Source: a virus (taxonomy: Duplodnaviria > Caudoviricetes). Taken from it: 48,826 nt of DNA. Position numbers and translations under genes: made by a program. The DNA lies in IMG/VR virus record IMGVR_UViG_3300022895_000013, positions 1 to 48,826 of that record; one strand, 5' to 3'. Each line of letters begins with the position of its first letter. Position 1 is the first letter of the stretch. This document shows positions 17,522-27,349 of this stretch, one piece after another. The notes below the pieces were generated by a model, which made no database searches, had not been told where the DNA came from, and saw only the letters and a list, made by a program, of their open reading frames with translations.

Positions 17522-18550
17522 ATGGATATTTTTGATACCCGCACCATGCTGGAAGCGGTCGAGCAGATGCCGACTGCACGTCGTTTTCTGCTGAACACTT
17601 TTTTCAATGGCGGCACTCCGGTGACCTTCCCGACCAAGACCGTGGACATCGACATCATCAAGGGCAAACGCAAGATGGCGCCATTCGTCAATCCGCGTCT
17701 GCCGGGCAGCCTGTCGCTGCGTGAGGGGTACACCAGCAGCACTTACGCGCCGCCGTACATTCAGCCCAAACGTGAGACCACTGCCGAGCTGGTGCTCAAG
17801 CGTGCGGCCGGCGACAACCCGTACGCCACCCGTACACCGCTGGAGCGTGCCGGCCAGTTGCTTGGCAAGGATCTGCGTGACCTGGACGACGAGATCGTCC
17901 GCCGCGAGGAGTGGATGTGCGCCCAGGCGCTGACCACCGGCAAGGTTCGCGTGATCGGCGAGGGCGTGGACGACACCATCGACTTCCTGATGGCCAGCGA
18001 CCACCGGATCAGCCTCGGCAGCGGGCAATGGGGCACGTCCGACAGCGACCCCATCGGCAACCTGCGCAGTTGGAAACGCAAGATCGCCAAGGCCTCCGGC
18101 CGCACGGCCAACACGGTGGCCATGAGTGGCGAAGCGCTGGACGCCTTCCAGTCCAATACGAAGGTGATGGAGCAGCTCAACACCCGCCGCGTCGACATGG
18201 GCATGATCAAGCCGGAGGAGCTGCCCGACGGTGTGACCTACTTGGGTTATCTGAACGATCCGGGCGTCGACCTGTACGGCTATGACGAGTGGTATCTGGA
18301 CGATGACGACGACGAACAGCCAATGATCCCGGTCGGTGGCCTGATCCTCGGTGCCACTTCGACGCGCAACGCGATGCTGTATGGCGCAATCCAGGATCTG
18401 GAGGCCGTGGAAAGCGGCCTGGTTGAAGCGGCCCGCTTTCCGAAAAGCTGGGTCACCCAAGAGCCGAGCGCTCGCTGGTTGAAGTTGCAGAGTGCCGCTT
18501 TGGCCGGCCTGCTGGAGCCGGACGCTTTCATCTACGCCAAGGTGGTGTGA
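17522..18550 (+). CDS. Major capsid protein (lambda gpE family)
   Basis: MAPFVNP...RREEWMCAQALTTG; synteny. Confidence 0.92.
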   Translation: MDIFDTRTMLEAVEQMPTARRFLLNTFFNGGTPVTFPTKTVDIDIIKGKRKMAPFVNPRLPGSLSLREGYTSSTYAPPYIQPKRETTAELVLKRAAGDNPYATRTPLERAGQLLGKDLRDLDDEIVRREEWMCAQALTTGKVRVIGEGVDDTIDFLMASDHRISLGSGQWGTSDSDPIGNLRSWKRKIAKASGRTANTVAMSGEALDAFQSNTKVMEQLNTRRVDMGMIKPEELPDGVTYLGYLNDPGVDLYGYDEWYLDDDDDEQPMIPVGGLILGATSTRNAMLYGAIQDLEAVESGLVEAARFPKSWVTQEPSARWLKLQSAALAGLLEPDAFIYAKVV

Positions 18551-18551
18551 C

Positions 18552-18764
18552 ATGGCCAAAAAAGCCGAATACCTGGTGATTGATGGTTGCGTGCAGGACG
18601 GTCGCATGGTCGTGGTCAAGGGCGAGCCCTACAGCCCGGCCAGCAAGGAGGTGGCAGACGCGCTGTTGGCTGAGGGGCGCATTGCAGCCATCAAGGATCC
18701 GCGAGCGCAGCAATTGCTGCGAGACAACCCAGGCACAGTCGACGACGTCGACGTCGGTGAGTGA
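18552..18764 (+). CDS. Small head-associated hypothetical protein
   Basis: Position after the capsid gene; ATG 18552. Confidence 0.6.
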   Translation: MAKKAEYLVIDGCVQDGRMVVVKGEPYSPASKEVADALLAEGRIAAIKDPRAQQLLRDNPGTVDDVDVGE

Positions 18765-19078
18765 CTGTGGGCTTTCGCGAGTTGAGTGAAGACATGGATG
18801 CCCTGGTGCTGGATGGGCTGGGCGACATGGGAACGGTCGGCGGTCGTGAGATCGCCGGTTTCTTTTCCGCACCTTGGCTGCAGCCTCGTATGGGACGGCT
18901 CAACACTGGTCTGCGGGAGCCTCGCTTCGAGGTTCGCGTCTGCGATGCGGACGGAGTCGAAGAGGGGCAATTGGTGGACATTGACCTACCGACGCAGGAC
19001 GGCGGCGGCCAGTATGACCTAGTGAAGCTCGAGCCTGACGGCGACGGCTGGGTGGCATTGCTGTTGAGGGCCAGATGA
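18761..19078 (+). CDS. Head-tail joining protein (FII-like)
   Basis: EPDGDGWVALLL C-terminus; synteny. Confidence 0.7.
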   Translation: MTVGFRELSEDMDALVLDGLGDMGTVGGREIAGFFSAPWLQPRMGRLNTGLREPRFEVRVCDADGVEEGQLVDIDLPTQDGGGQYDLVKLEPDGDGWVALLLRAR

Positions 19079-19734
19079 TGAGCGTAGGCAGCTATTTCAA
19101 ACCATCGGCCAGCGGCGGGATGATCTCGCTGCAGGCTTCCACCTCAGACCTTAAGGCATTTCAGGACTTTGCCGCCTTGGTACCGAAGGCTGCCGCGAAC
19201 GCGCAGCGCCGGGCAATCAACAAGACACTGCGCTGGCTCGTCACTTATATCGCCCGGGCCGTCGGCCGTCAGGAGCGAATAGCGATCAAGGCTGTGAGGC
19301 AGCGTCTGCGGGCATACCCGGTAAGTGGCGGGGCCAACAGCGGCAAGCTTTGGTTCGGTCTCGACTCTATCGAGGCCAGCCGCATCGGCAGCGTTCGACA
19401 GGGCAAAACTGGTGTGTCGGTAGCAGGCCGTCGGTATGCGGGCGCCTTCCATAAGAAGGTCTACGGCAGTCAGGCGGACATCTGGATCCGGACAGCCAGC
19501 AAACATTTCGACGCCACCGATTACCCGGACAGCGACGTCAGCGCGGTCGGCGGTGTCAGCTCGGGGTGGATCGCTGAACACGGCAGCCGCTTCCCGCTGG
19601 CCAAGGCCAAGGTTTCACTGGAGCAGGCCCGGCCTCTATTTGAGGCGTGGATTCGAAAGGCCGACGCTCAACTGGTGCATGTGCTGCAGCAGGAGCTGAA
19701 CTTTGAACTGCAGAAGCACTTGAAGGGGAAATGA
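19075..19734 (+). CDS. Minor tail protein Z-like
   Basis: AQRRAINKTLRW...QELNFEL; synteny. Confidence 0.7.
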   Translation: MMSVGSYFKPSASGGMISLQASTSDLKAFQDFAALVPKAAANAQRRAINKTLRWLVTYIARAVGRQERIAIKAVRQRLRAYPVSGGANSGKLWFGLDSIEASRIGSVRQGKTGVSVAGRRYAGAFHKKVYGSQADIWIRTASKHFDATDYPDSDVSAVGGVSSGWIAEHGSRFPLAKAKVSLEQARPLFEAWIRKADAQLVHVLQQELNFELQKHLKGK

Positions 19735-19735
19735 C

Positions 19736-20257
19736 GTGACGGATCAAGTCGACGAGCCGTTCAGCTTTGAGCGGTTGTATCAGGCCATTGAGGCACACAT
19801 CCGGATTCACCTTCCGGACGTGAGCACGGTGGCCATGTGGCCGGATATTCGGGATCGAATACCTCTGCCTGCGGTGCTCATCGAACTCGCAGAAATGGAG
19901 CCAGGGCAGGATCCGGGAACCGGCGAAACGAGCCTTTCCTGCAAGTTCGAAGCGCGGGTGATCACGGATCCGATCCACCGCGACCATCACCAGCAAGCGG
20001 TGTTTCTTGCCGGTCAGTTGGCCGTGCTGTTGCGGATGCAGTGCTGGGGCGTCGAGGTCGAACCGGCCGAGTTCGTGCAGTCCATGCCGGACTGGACTAA
20101 GCCCGAGCTGGACGGCTACACCGTCTGGGTCGTGGAATGGATACAGCAGATCTACCTCGGCGAGTCCGAATGGCCGTGGCCGGATCTGCCACAGGGCACC
20201 CTGGTGCTGAACATCGAACCGGGCGACGGTCCGTTCCGTCCGGAGGACGTGCAATGA
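19736..20257 (+). CDS. Tail completion/terminator-like protein
   Basis: Synteny before the baseplate spike. Confidence 0.6.
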   Translation: MTDQVDEPFSFERLYQAIEAHIRIHLPDVSTVAMWPDIRDRIPLPAVLIELAEMEPGQDPGTGETSLSCKFEARVITDPIHRDHHQQAVFLAGQLAVLLRMQCWGVEVEPAEFVQSMPDWTKPELDGYTVWVVEWIQQIYLGESEWPWPDLPQGTLVLNIEPGDGPFRPEDVQ

Positions 20258-20841
20258 GTTCCGGTTATGTCGCCGCGCAGCACGACCGCATGCTCGCCGG
20301 CCTGGTCAAGGATTGCTATGTGGTGGCGGTGGATCTCGCCGCCTCGCCACCGGCCTGTCGCGTTTCGGACGGTGAGTGGGTCAGCGGCTGGGTGCGCTGG
20401 CACAGTGTCGCTGCCGGCAAGGCACGGCACTGGCGGGCGCCCAGCCTGAACGAGCAGGGGACCCTGATCAGTGCCAGTGGCGATGTGGCCCAAGGCACAT
20501 TTATTCCCGGCCTGTACGGCAACGGCGGCCCGCCGCCGGATAATCGCGATCACGTCGAAGTCTGGCATTTCGAGGATGGTGGGCGCCTGGTCTACGACTG
20601 GCAGGCCAAGAGCTACAGCATCACCCTGCCAACCGGCACGGTCAGCATCAAGGTTGGGACAACCCAGGCCGAAGTGACCGACAACGCCGTCACCGTAAAG
20701 TCGGGAACGATCGATCTCGAAGGGAAAGTGAACATCAAGGGACCGGTCAATATCGACGGGCCGCTGCACGCCACGCAGAACATCACCAGCGACGGCGCGA
20801 TCCTGGACACCACCGGCAACACTGCCAACCACAAACACTGA
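20254..20841 (+). CDS. Baseplate assembly protein V (spike)
   Basis: WRAPSLNEQG, FEDGGRLVYD, C-terminal HKH metal site. Confidence 0.9.
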   Translation: MSSGYVAAQHDRMLAGLVKDCYVVAVDLAASPPACRVSDGEWVSGWVRWHSVAAGKARHWRAPSLNEQGTLISASGDVAQGTFIPGLYGNGGPPPDNRDHVEVWHFEDGGRLVYDWQAKSYSITLPTGTVSIKVGTTQAEVTDNAVTVKSGTIDLEGKVNIKGPVNIDGPLHATQNITSDGAILDTTGNTANHKH

Positions 20842-20856
20842 TAACCCTTTCCACCC

Positions 20857-20879
20857 AGCCCGCCGCGCGCGGGCTTTTT
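20857..20879 (+). terminator. Intrinsic terminator-like hairpin
   Basis: agcccgc...gcgggct followed by a T-run. Confidence 0.55.
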
Positions 20880-20896
20880 CATGCCTGGAGGTACTC

Positions 20897-21160
20897 ATGG
20901 CTAAGGCCAAACCTGAAGTCGAGGCGCTCGCGGAAGCTCAGCCAGTATCAGGGCTTGTCCCTGTTGCCCAGGGATTCCCCGGCAATGCCTCTGACCAGTT
21001 CATCACGTTCCGCGACACCCTCTACAGCTCGCGCACAGTCATCCTTCCGGATGGTCGCTCGCTCCCGGTGGCCAAGAGCATCGTAGCGGTCGAAGTGAGT
21101 GATGACATCGCGCTGAAATGTCTCAAGGCCCACCCTGAATACGAGCAGCTCAAGGAGTAG
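20897..21160 (+). CDS. Hypothetical phage protein
   Basis: GGAGG RBS; in the tail operon. Confidence 0.65.
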   Translation: MAKAKPEVEALAEAQPVSGLVPVAQGFPGNASDQFITFRDTLYSSRTVILPDGRSLPVAKSIVAVEVSDDIALKCLKAHPEYEQLKE

Positions 21161-21165
21161 ATCCG

Positions 21166-21492
21166 ATGATCGGAATGGATCGCCACACCGGGCAGCCCAT
21201 CTCCGGTATCGAGCATTTACGTCAGTCCGTGGCGGACATCCTCGGCACACCATTGCTGAGTCGTCGCGAACGGCCGGAATACGGCAGCAAGCTACGGCGC
21301 ATGGTCGACCTGCCCATCAACGAAGGCTGGAAGAGCGCGGCGCAGGCTGAGGCTGTGCGGGCGCTCAACCAATGGGAGCCGCGACTCAAGCTTGAGCGCA
21401 TCGTGGTTGTCTCCGTCCTCGGCGGCAAAATCAATTTCAAGATCAGCGGCGAATACCTCGGTGAACGCGGCACGTTGGAGGTGTGGGTATGA
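21166..21492 (+). CDS. Baseplate wedge protein W/gp25
   Basis: HLRQSVADILGTP...RPEYGS...WEPR. Confidence 0.9.
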   Translation: MIGMDRHTGQPISGIEHLRQSVADILGTPLLSRRERPEYGSKLRRMVDLPINEGWKSAAQAEAVRALNQWEPRLKLERIVVVSVLGGKINFKISGEYLGERGTLEVWV

Positions 21493-22373
21493 GTACCCTG
21501 GTGGATCTGTCTGAGCTGCCGGCGCCGGACGTGCTGGAACCGCTGGACTTTGAGGACACCTACAGCGAAGCGCTGGGCGTGTTCCGTGGGCACATGGGCC
21601 AGAACTGGACGGCCTCGCTGGAAAGCGACCCGGTGACCAAGCTGCTGGAGGTCGGCAGCTACATCAAGCTCGGCAATCGGGCGCGGGTCAACGACGCGGC
21701 CAAGGCCCAATTGTTGGCCTATGCCACGGGCGCCGATCTGGATCATCTGGCCGCCAACGTCAATCTGAAGCGCCTGGTGATACAGGCCGCGGATCCGCAG
21801 GCCGTGCCGCCCGTGGAGGCGGTGATGGAATCCCACGATGCGCTGCGCGAGCGGGTGCAGCTGGCCTACGAAGGCCTGACCACGGCCGGCCCGCGCAACA
21901 GCTACATCCTGCATGCCCGCAACGCTTCGGCGCTGGTCGCCGATGCCACGGCGGAAAGCCCGAAACCGGCCTGCGTCGACGTCACGGTGCTGGGGTTGGA
22001 GGGCGACGGCACCGCCGGCCCGGAGCTGCTGGCCTTGGTCGCGGTGGCCGTGAACGACGATGACGTGCGCCCGGTCGGCGACCGCGTCACCGTACGCGGC
22101 GCCGAGATCCTGCGTTACCGCGTCGACGCCGTGCTGCACATGAAAGGCACCGGCCCGGAGAACGACGCCGCGCTCACGGAGGCGATCCGTCGACTGGACG
22201 CCTGGATCAATCCCCGGCGCCGGCTGGGCGTCGAGGTGGCCCGGTCCGGTGTCGATGCCCAGCTGCATGTCGCCGGTGTCGGCCGGGTGGAGCTGAAGGA
22301 TTGGCAGGATCTGAAACCCACCAAGGCCCAGGCCGCGTATTGCACGGGTTACACAGTCGTGCTGGGAGGTTGA
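21489..22373 (+). CDS. Baseplate J protein
   Basis: DLSELPAPDVLEPLDFE, ESDPVTKLLE, AGPRNSY, VRPVGDRV. Confidence 0.92.
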   Translation: MSTLVDLSELPAPDVLEPLDFEDTYSEALGVFRGHMGQNWTASLESDPVTKLLEVGSYIKLGNRARVNDAAKAQLLAYATGADLDHLAANVNLKRLVIQAADPQAVPPVEAVMESHDALRERVQLAYEGLTTAGPRNSYILHARNASALVADATAESPKPACVDVTVLGLEGDGTAGPELLALVAVAVNDDDVRPVGDRVTVRGAEILRYRVDAVLHMKGTGPENDAALTEAIRRLDAWINPRRRLGVEVARSGVDAQLHVAGVGRVELKDWQDLKPTKAQAAYCTGYTVVLGG

Positions 22374-22979
22374 ATGCGCAGTCTCTTACCGCTCAACAGC
22401 ACGCCCCTGGAACGGGGTATCGAAGCGACCTTCACCGAGACCACGTTGATTCCGTTGCGCACGTTGTACAACCCCGACACCTGTCCGGTGCATCTGCTGC
22501 CACATTTGGCTTGGGCCTGGTCGGTCGACCGCTGGGATCCGGCTTGGCCGGAGCCGGTCAAGCGCGCCGCGATCAAGGCATCGTTCTACATCCACAAGCA
22601 CAAGGGCACCATCGGTGCTTTACGTCGGGTAGTCGAGCCACTGGGTTACCTGATCGAAGTGCTGGAGTGGTGGCAGACGGTACCGGAAGGCGTGCCGGGC
22701 ACCTTCGCTCTGAAAGTCGGCGTCCTCGATACCGGCATCACCGAGGAAATGTACCTCGAACTCGAACGTCTGATCGATGACGCCAAACCCGTCAGTCGGC
22801 AACTCACCGGCCTGGCCATCAGCCTTGAAACGCAAGGCGACCTGAACATTGCAGCGTCCCTCTACGAAGGTGACGAAATCGACGTCTACCCGCCTGTGAT
22901 GCGTGACATCGAAGTCACGGGCAGCTTCGGCGTGATCGGACGCGAACACTCCATAGACACCCTGGACATCTATCAATGA
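22374..22979 (+). CDS. Tail protein I (P2-like)
   Basis: SLLPLNSTPLER...LPHLAWAWSVDRW...HKHKGT. Confidence 0.92.
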   Translation: MRSLLPLNSTPLERGIEATFTETTLIPLRTLYNPDTCPVHLLPHLAWAWSVDRWDPAWPEPVKRAAIKASFYIHKHKGTIGALRRVVEPLGYLIEVLEWWQTVPEGVPGTFALKVGVLDTGITEEMYLELERLIDDAKPVSRQLTGLAISLETQGDLNIAASLYEGDEIDVYPPVMRDIEVTGSFGVIGREHSIDTLDIYQ

Positions 22980-24532
22980 CTGATGCGAATTCTCAGTTTT
23001 TCGCCATCCTCACGACTGTGGGAAAGGCCAAGCAGGCAAACGCCGACGCGCTCGGTATTCCCTGGCTGGTCACCCAAATGGGCGTCGGGGACGCCAATAA
23101 CATCGATCCGGTCATCCCCGCTGAGGGGCAGACCAAGCTGATCAACGAGTGGCGGCGTAAGCCGCTTAACCGGCTGTTCGTCGACCCGGTCAACCCGGCG
23201 GTGCTGATTGCTGAGCAGGTCATTCCGGCGGACGAGGGCGGGCGCTGGATCCGCGAGATCGGCCTGTACGACGCGGACGGCGATCTGGTGGCCGTGGCCA
23301 ACTGTGCGCCGAGCTTCAAGCCGTTGCTGTCACAGGGCTCGGGCCGCACGCAGATCGTGCGCATGAACTTCGTCGTTACCAGTACTGGCAACATCCAGCT
23401 CAAGATTGACCCGGCGGTGGTACTGGCCACGCGCGCATTTGTTGAGGCGGCGATTCTGGAAGTGCTGCCGAAGAACAAGACGCCGGGTCAATACACGCGG
23501 GTCAAGGTCAATGATCGCGGGCTGGTGGTGGAAGGTGATAACCCGAACACACTGGCAGGCATGGGTATCACGGACACCTACACCAAGACGCAGATCGAGG
23601 CGATGATTGCCGCTGCCTCGGCGTTGCCGGTCGGTGTCATGGCGCCGATTCCAGTCGACAAGATCCCGCCCGGGTTTCTGGAGCTGGACGGCTCGGTTAA
23701 GAGCATCGCCGTCTATCCCGATCTGGCAGCGTTCCTCGGTACGCTCTACAACAAGGGTGATGAGGGCGTCGGCAATTTCCGGTTGCCGGAGTCGCGCGCC
23801 GAGTTTCTGCGCGGCTGGGATCATGGGCGCGGCGTCGATGCTGGGCGGGCAATGGGTAGCTGGCAAGACCATGCGTTTCAGAATCACTTGCATGCTCTGC
23901 GGCAAACAGTAACGACTGCAACCTCTACAGGCACGGGTTTGGCGGTGGTCCTCAGTGGAGCGGGTACTGGCGGCAACACTGACGTACCAATGACGGGCAA
24001 CGTGGGCGCTGAAACCCGTCCTCGCAACTTGGCGGTCATGTGGTGCATCAAGGCCTGGAACGCACCGATCAATCAGGGAAACATCGACATCCAGGCGCTC
24101 GCGGCGCTGGCCACGCAGGCCACGGAGGTCAAGCTCGGCACGGCCAAGATTGCTACGCAGGCGCAGACTGACGCGGGTGAAGATGACGCCACTATCGTTA
24201 CGCCGAAAAAGCTGCGGATGGGGGTTTCGTGGAACTTCGGCGTCAATGGCTGGTTGGCGCTGCCGTCGTGGCTGGGTGGGCTGATTATTCAATGGGGCGG
24301 TGCAACAGCTCAGGTGGGCACGACCATTACGCAAAACACCTATGCGTTTCCAATGGCCTTTCCGAATCAGGTTCTAAGAATTCTGGGTTATCGAAGTTCC
24401 GAAATGCAAAACGGGAACGCGCCTACGACCGATCACTTTTTTACAGCAAATCTCCTTAACTGGACGGTCACTCACGTCCGTTCTCAAGGGAGCCTTGCAA
24501 TCCCATTCGTCTATCTGGCCATCGGTCGCTGA
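22976..24532 (+). CDS. Tail fibre protein (P2 H-like N-terminus, collar domain, gp53-like C-terminus)
   Basis: GRWIREIGLYDADG; collar FRLPESRAEFLRGWD...ETRPRN; GLIIQWG. Confidence 0.9.
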   Translation: MTDANSQFFAILTTVGKAKQANADALGIPWLVTQMGVGDANNIDPVIPAEGQTKLINEWRRKPLNRLFVDPVNPAVLIAEQVIPADEGGRWIREIGLYDADGDLVAVANCAPSFKPLLSQGSGRTQIVRMNFVVTSTGNIQLKIDPAVVLATRAFVEAAILEVLPKNKTPGQYTRVKVNDRGLVVEGDNPNTLAGMGITDTYTKTQIEAMIAAASALPVGVMAPIPVDKIPPGFLELDGSVKSIAVYPDLAAFLGTLYNKGDEGVGNFRLPESRAEFLRGWDHGRGVDAGRAMGSWQDHAFQNHLHALRQTVTTATSTGTGLAVVLSGAGTGGNTDVPMTGNVGAETRPRNLAVMWCIKAWNAPINQGNIDIQALAALATQATEVKLGTAKIATQAQTDAGEDDATIVTPKKLRMGVSWNFGVNGWLALPSWLGGLIIQWGGATAQVGTTITQNTYAFPMAFPNQVLRILGYRSSEMQNGNAPTTDHFFTANLLNWTVTHVRSQGSLAIPFVYLAIGR

Positions 24533-24539
24533 GGTGAAT

Positions 24540-25085
24540 ATGAAATACGCGACTTTTAGTGATTCCGGCGAGATCATCGGGCGGTTTGATGACCGCTTTC
24601 ACGCGACGATTCCCGATGACGCAGTCGTTATCCCGGAAAAATTGTGGGGGCCAACGTTGAATGACACGGATGGTGTGTGGCGTTTGGTGGACGGCGAGCT
24701 GGTCAAGCAGCCACTGCCAGAGATTCTGCCCGACTTTGTGCAGATGGTGGCCGACGAGCGCTACAAACGTGAGGCAACCGGCGTCACCGTCGAGGGTCTG
24801 CAAATCGAAACGACCCGCGACAGTCAGGCGCTGATTGCCAGCACCGGTTTGTCTGCCGTCCTTGATCCCGAATATCGCTGCAACTTCAAGACGGTGACCG
24901 GCTTTGTCGAGATCGGATCGGCGCAAATCATTGCCATCGCCAAGGCCGTGCGCACCCATGTTCAGGCCTGCTTTGACCGTGAACTGACGCTGTTGCGCGC
25001 CATTGAGGCCGGCGACTACCGCGAGGACATGCTGCTCGAGGGCTGGCCGGATTCCATCCCGCCTGATCCTGTCGAGCTGCAATAG
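24540..25085 (+). CDS. Tail fibre assembly-type protein (DUF4376-like)
   Basis: ERYKREATGV...TRDSQ...VRTHVQACFDRE; follows the fibre gene. Confidence 0.75.
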   Translation: MKYATFSDSGEIIGRFDDRFHATIPDDAVVIPEKLWGPTLNDTDGVWRLVDGELVKQPLPEILPDFVQMVADERYKREATGVTVEGLQIETTRDSQALIASTGLSAVLDPEYRCNFKTVTGFVEIGSAQIIAIAKAVRTHVQACFDRELTLLRAIEAGDYREDMLLEGWPDSIPPDPVELQ

Positions 25086-25086
25086 T

Positions 25087-25111
25087 CGCCCCTCACTGCA
25101 GGGGCGTTTTT
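25087..25111 (+). terminator. Intrinsic terminator-like hairpin
   Basis: cgcccct...aggggcg followed by TTTTT; a second hairpin at ~25138-25165. Confidence 0.6.
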
Positions 25112-25185
25112 CATTGCGCCCCACACAGCAATACCTTGAGCCTCGCCAATACGCGGGGCTTTTTCGTTTCTGGAGAATGAGCCTT

Positions 25186-26352
25186 ATGAGTTTCTTTCAC
25201 GGTGTCACGACCACCTCGGTCGATACCGGCGCGCGCACCATCTCGCTGCCGTCTTCGTCGATTATCGGCTTGTGCGACACCTTCACCCCCGGATTGCTCG
25301 GCGGCGGTACCGCCAAGGCCGGCGAACTCAAACTGATCACCACCGAGCGCGAGGCCATCGCCGCCTTCGGCGCGGGGGCTGCGATCACCAAGGCCTGCCA
25401 GGCGATCTACACCAAGGCCAAGGCGGTGATCGTCGCCATCGGTGTGCCGAAGATGGACGACCCGGCGCTGCAGACCTCGGCGATCATCGGTGGCGTCTTG
25501 GTGTCAGGTCAGCGGACCGGGCTGCAGGCGCTGCTCGATGGCAAAAGCCTGTTCAACGCCCAGCCGCGATTGCTGATCGCACCAGGTCATTCGGCCACTC
25601 AGGCGATAGCCACGGCGATGGACGGTCTGGCGCAAAAGCTGCGGGCCATCGCCATCATCGACGGGCCGTGCACCACCGACGAGGCCGCCATGGCCTACGC
25701 CGACAACTTCGGCAGCCGCAACCTGTTCATGGTCGACCCCGGTGTGCAGTTCTGGGACACCGATGCCAGCAAGACTGTTGATGCGCCGGGATCGGCATGG
25801 ACCGCCGGCCTGTTTGCCTGGACCGACGCGACCTACGGTTTCTGGGCCTCCCCATCGAACAAAGAGTTCACCGGCATCACCGGGACCACCCGAGCCGTCG
25901 AGTACCTGGACGGTGATGAGACCTGCCGGGCCAACCTGCTCAACAACGCCAACATCACCACGATCATTCGCGACGACGGCTACCGCCTGTGGGGCAACCG
26001 CACCCTGTCGAGCGATCCGAAATGGGCGTTCGTCACCCGCGTGCGCACGCTGTTCATCCTCATGGACGCGGTCCAGGCCGGCCACAAGTGGGCGGTCGAC
26101 CGTTCGATCACCAAGACCTACGTCAAGGACGTCACCGACGGCCTGGAAGCATTCATGCGCGACCTGAAAAATCAGGGCGCGGTGATCAACTTCGAAGTGT
26201 TTGCCGATGAAGAGCTGAACACGGCCAGTCAGATCGAGCAGGGCAAGGTGTACTGGCGAATCCGCTTCACTGACGTGCCGCCGGCCGAGAACCCGAATTT
26301 CCTCTTCGAAGTCACCAATCAATGGATGACCGAAGTGCTTGAAGCTGCCTAA
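25186..26352 (+). CDS. Contractile tail sheath protein (FI)
   Basis: FFHGVT, SPSNK, GYRLWGNRT, PPAE motifs. Confidence 0.95.
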   Translation: MSFFHGVTTTSVDTGARTISLPSSSIIGLCDTFTPGLLGGGTAKAGELKLITTEREAIAAFGAGAAITKACQAIYTKAKAVIVAIGVPKMDDPALQTSAIIGGVLVSGQRTGLQALLDGKSLFNAQPRLLIAPGHSATQAIATAMDGLAQKLRAIAIIDGPCTTDEAAMAYADNFGSRNLFMVDPGVQFWDTDASKTVDAPGSAWTAGLFAWTDATYGFWASPSNKEFTGITGTTRAVEYLDGDETCRANLLNNANITTIIRDDGYRLWGNRTLSSDPKWAFVTRVRTLFILMDAVQAGHKWAVDRSITKTYVKDVTDGLEAFMRDLKNQGAVINFEVFADEELNTASQIEQGKVYWRIRFTDVPPAENPNFLFEVTNQWMTEVLEAA

Positions 26353-26364
26353 GGAGGCCACCCG

Positions 26365-26868
26365 ATGAAGCCTGAAGTTTTGTCCAATTGCGCGGCGTTT
26401 ATCGACGGCGTGAGCTTTGCCGGCGATGTGCCGAGCGTGACCCTGCCCAAGGTCGTGCTGAAAACCGAAACCTACCGGGGCGGCGGCATGGCCGGTGAGA
26501 TCGAGATCCCGGTCGGTGTCGAAAAGCTCGAATCCGGATTCACCACCAACGGCGTGCGCCGTGAGGCGCTGAAGTGGTTCGGGCTGTCCGACCGCACGGC
26601 CTGCAATGCCGTGTTTCGGGGGACGTTCAAAGGCCTCCAGGGGAAGGTCACCTCGGTGATCGTCACCATGCGCGGCGGCCTGAAAGAGGTCGACATGGGC
26701 GACTGGAAAGCCGGTGAAAAAGCCGAGACCAAACACAGCATGGCCTTGACCTACTACAAGCTGGAAGTCGGGGGCCGTCTGATCTACGAGATCGACATGG
26801 TCGGCATGGTGCTGGTGATCGACGGTGTCGACCAGCTCGCAGACGAACGTTCGGCCCTGGGCCTTTAA
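26365..26868 (+). CDS. Tail tube protein (FII)
   Basis: YRGGGM...YYKL...GVDQL. Confidence 0.93.
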   Translation: MKPEVLSNCAAFIDGVSFAGDVPSVTLPKVVLKTETYRGGGMAGEIEIPVGVEKLESGFTTNGVRREALKWFGLSDRTACNAVFRGTFKGLQGKVTSVIVTMRGGLKEVDMGDWKAGEKAETKHSMALTYYKLEVGGRLIYEIDMVGMVLVIDGVDQLADERSALGL

Positions 26869-26880
26869 GGAAATCCAACC

Positions 26881-27195
26881 ATGAAGCAAGACATTCAATC
26901 GACCACTGAAACGCCCCTGCCTAAATGGCTGCAACTGTCCGACGATGGCTTTCGCATCAGCCTCAAATACCCGACCGAATTGTGCGGTGTGACGGTCGAC
27001 ACGCTGATGATGCGCGCGCCGTGCGTGCGGGATGTTCGGGCGGCGCAGGCTGCGTCCAACGGCGATGCCGAGCAGCGCGAAATGTCGCTGTTCGCGTCGC
27101 TGACCCAGACCCCCGAGGCGGATCTGATGGGACTGAAGATGGTCGACTACCTGCGCCTGCAGGCCGGCTATTTTCGCCTGGTCACGGACGAGTAA
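26881..27195 (+). CDS. Tail assembly chaperone E
   Basis: MRAPCVRD...DYLRLQ; between tube and tape measure. Confidence 0.85.
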   Translation: MKQDIQSTTETPLPKWLQLSDDGFRISLKYPTELCGVTVDTLMMRAPCVRDVRAAQAASNGDAEQREMSLFASLTQTPEADLMGLKMVDYLRLQAGYFRLVTDE

Positions 27196-27313
27196 ATGCG
27201 ACGGCTCTACGTTGAAGCTTCTGGCCAAACGCATGGCCAAAGAGACCGGGTTCTCGGCGGCTGAGATCACGGCCATGCCCTTCAACGAACTGGTGTGGTG
27301 GCTCTCCGACTGA
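27137..27313 (+). CDS. E' extension of the tail chaperone, in the +1 frame
   Basis: Open frame encodes LKLLAKRMAKETGFSAAEITAMPFNELVWWLSD*, like P2 gpE'. Confidence 0.65.
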   Translation, partial: RWSTTCACRPAIFAWSRTSKCDGSTLKLLAKRMAKETGFSAAEITAMPFNELVWWLSD

Positions 27314-27349
27314 GCCACCGCTCGATACCCCATCGCATAAGGCCCGCAC

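Noticed and set aside
22976-25085. Tail-fibre inversion or diversity-generating retroelement
   Set aside because: No invertase, reverse transcriptase, second fibre tip or TR/VR pair seen; only a lower-GC tip
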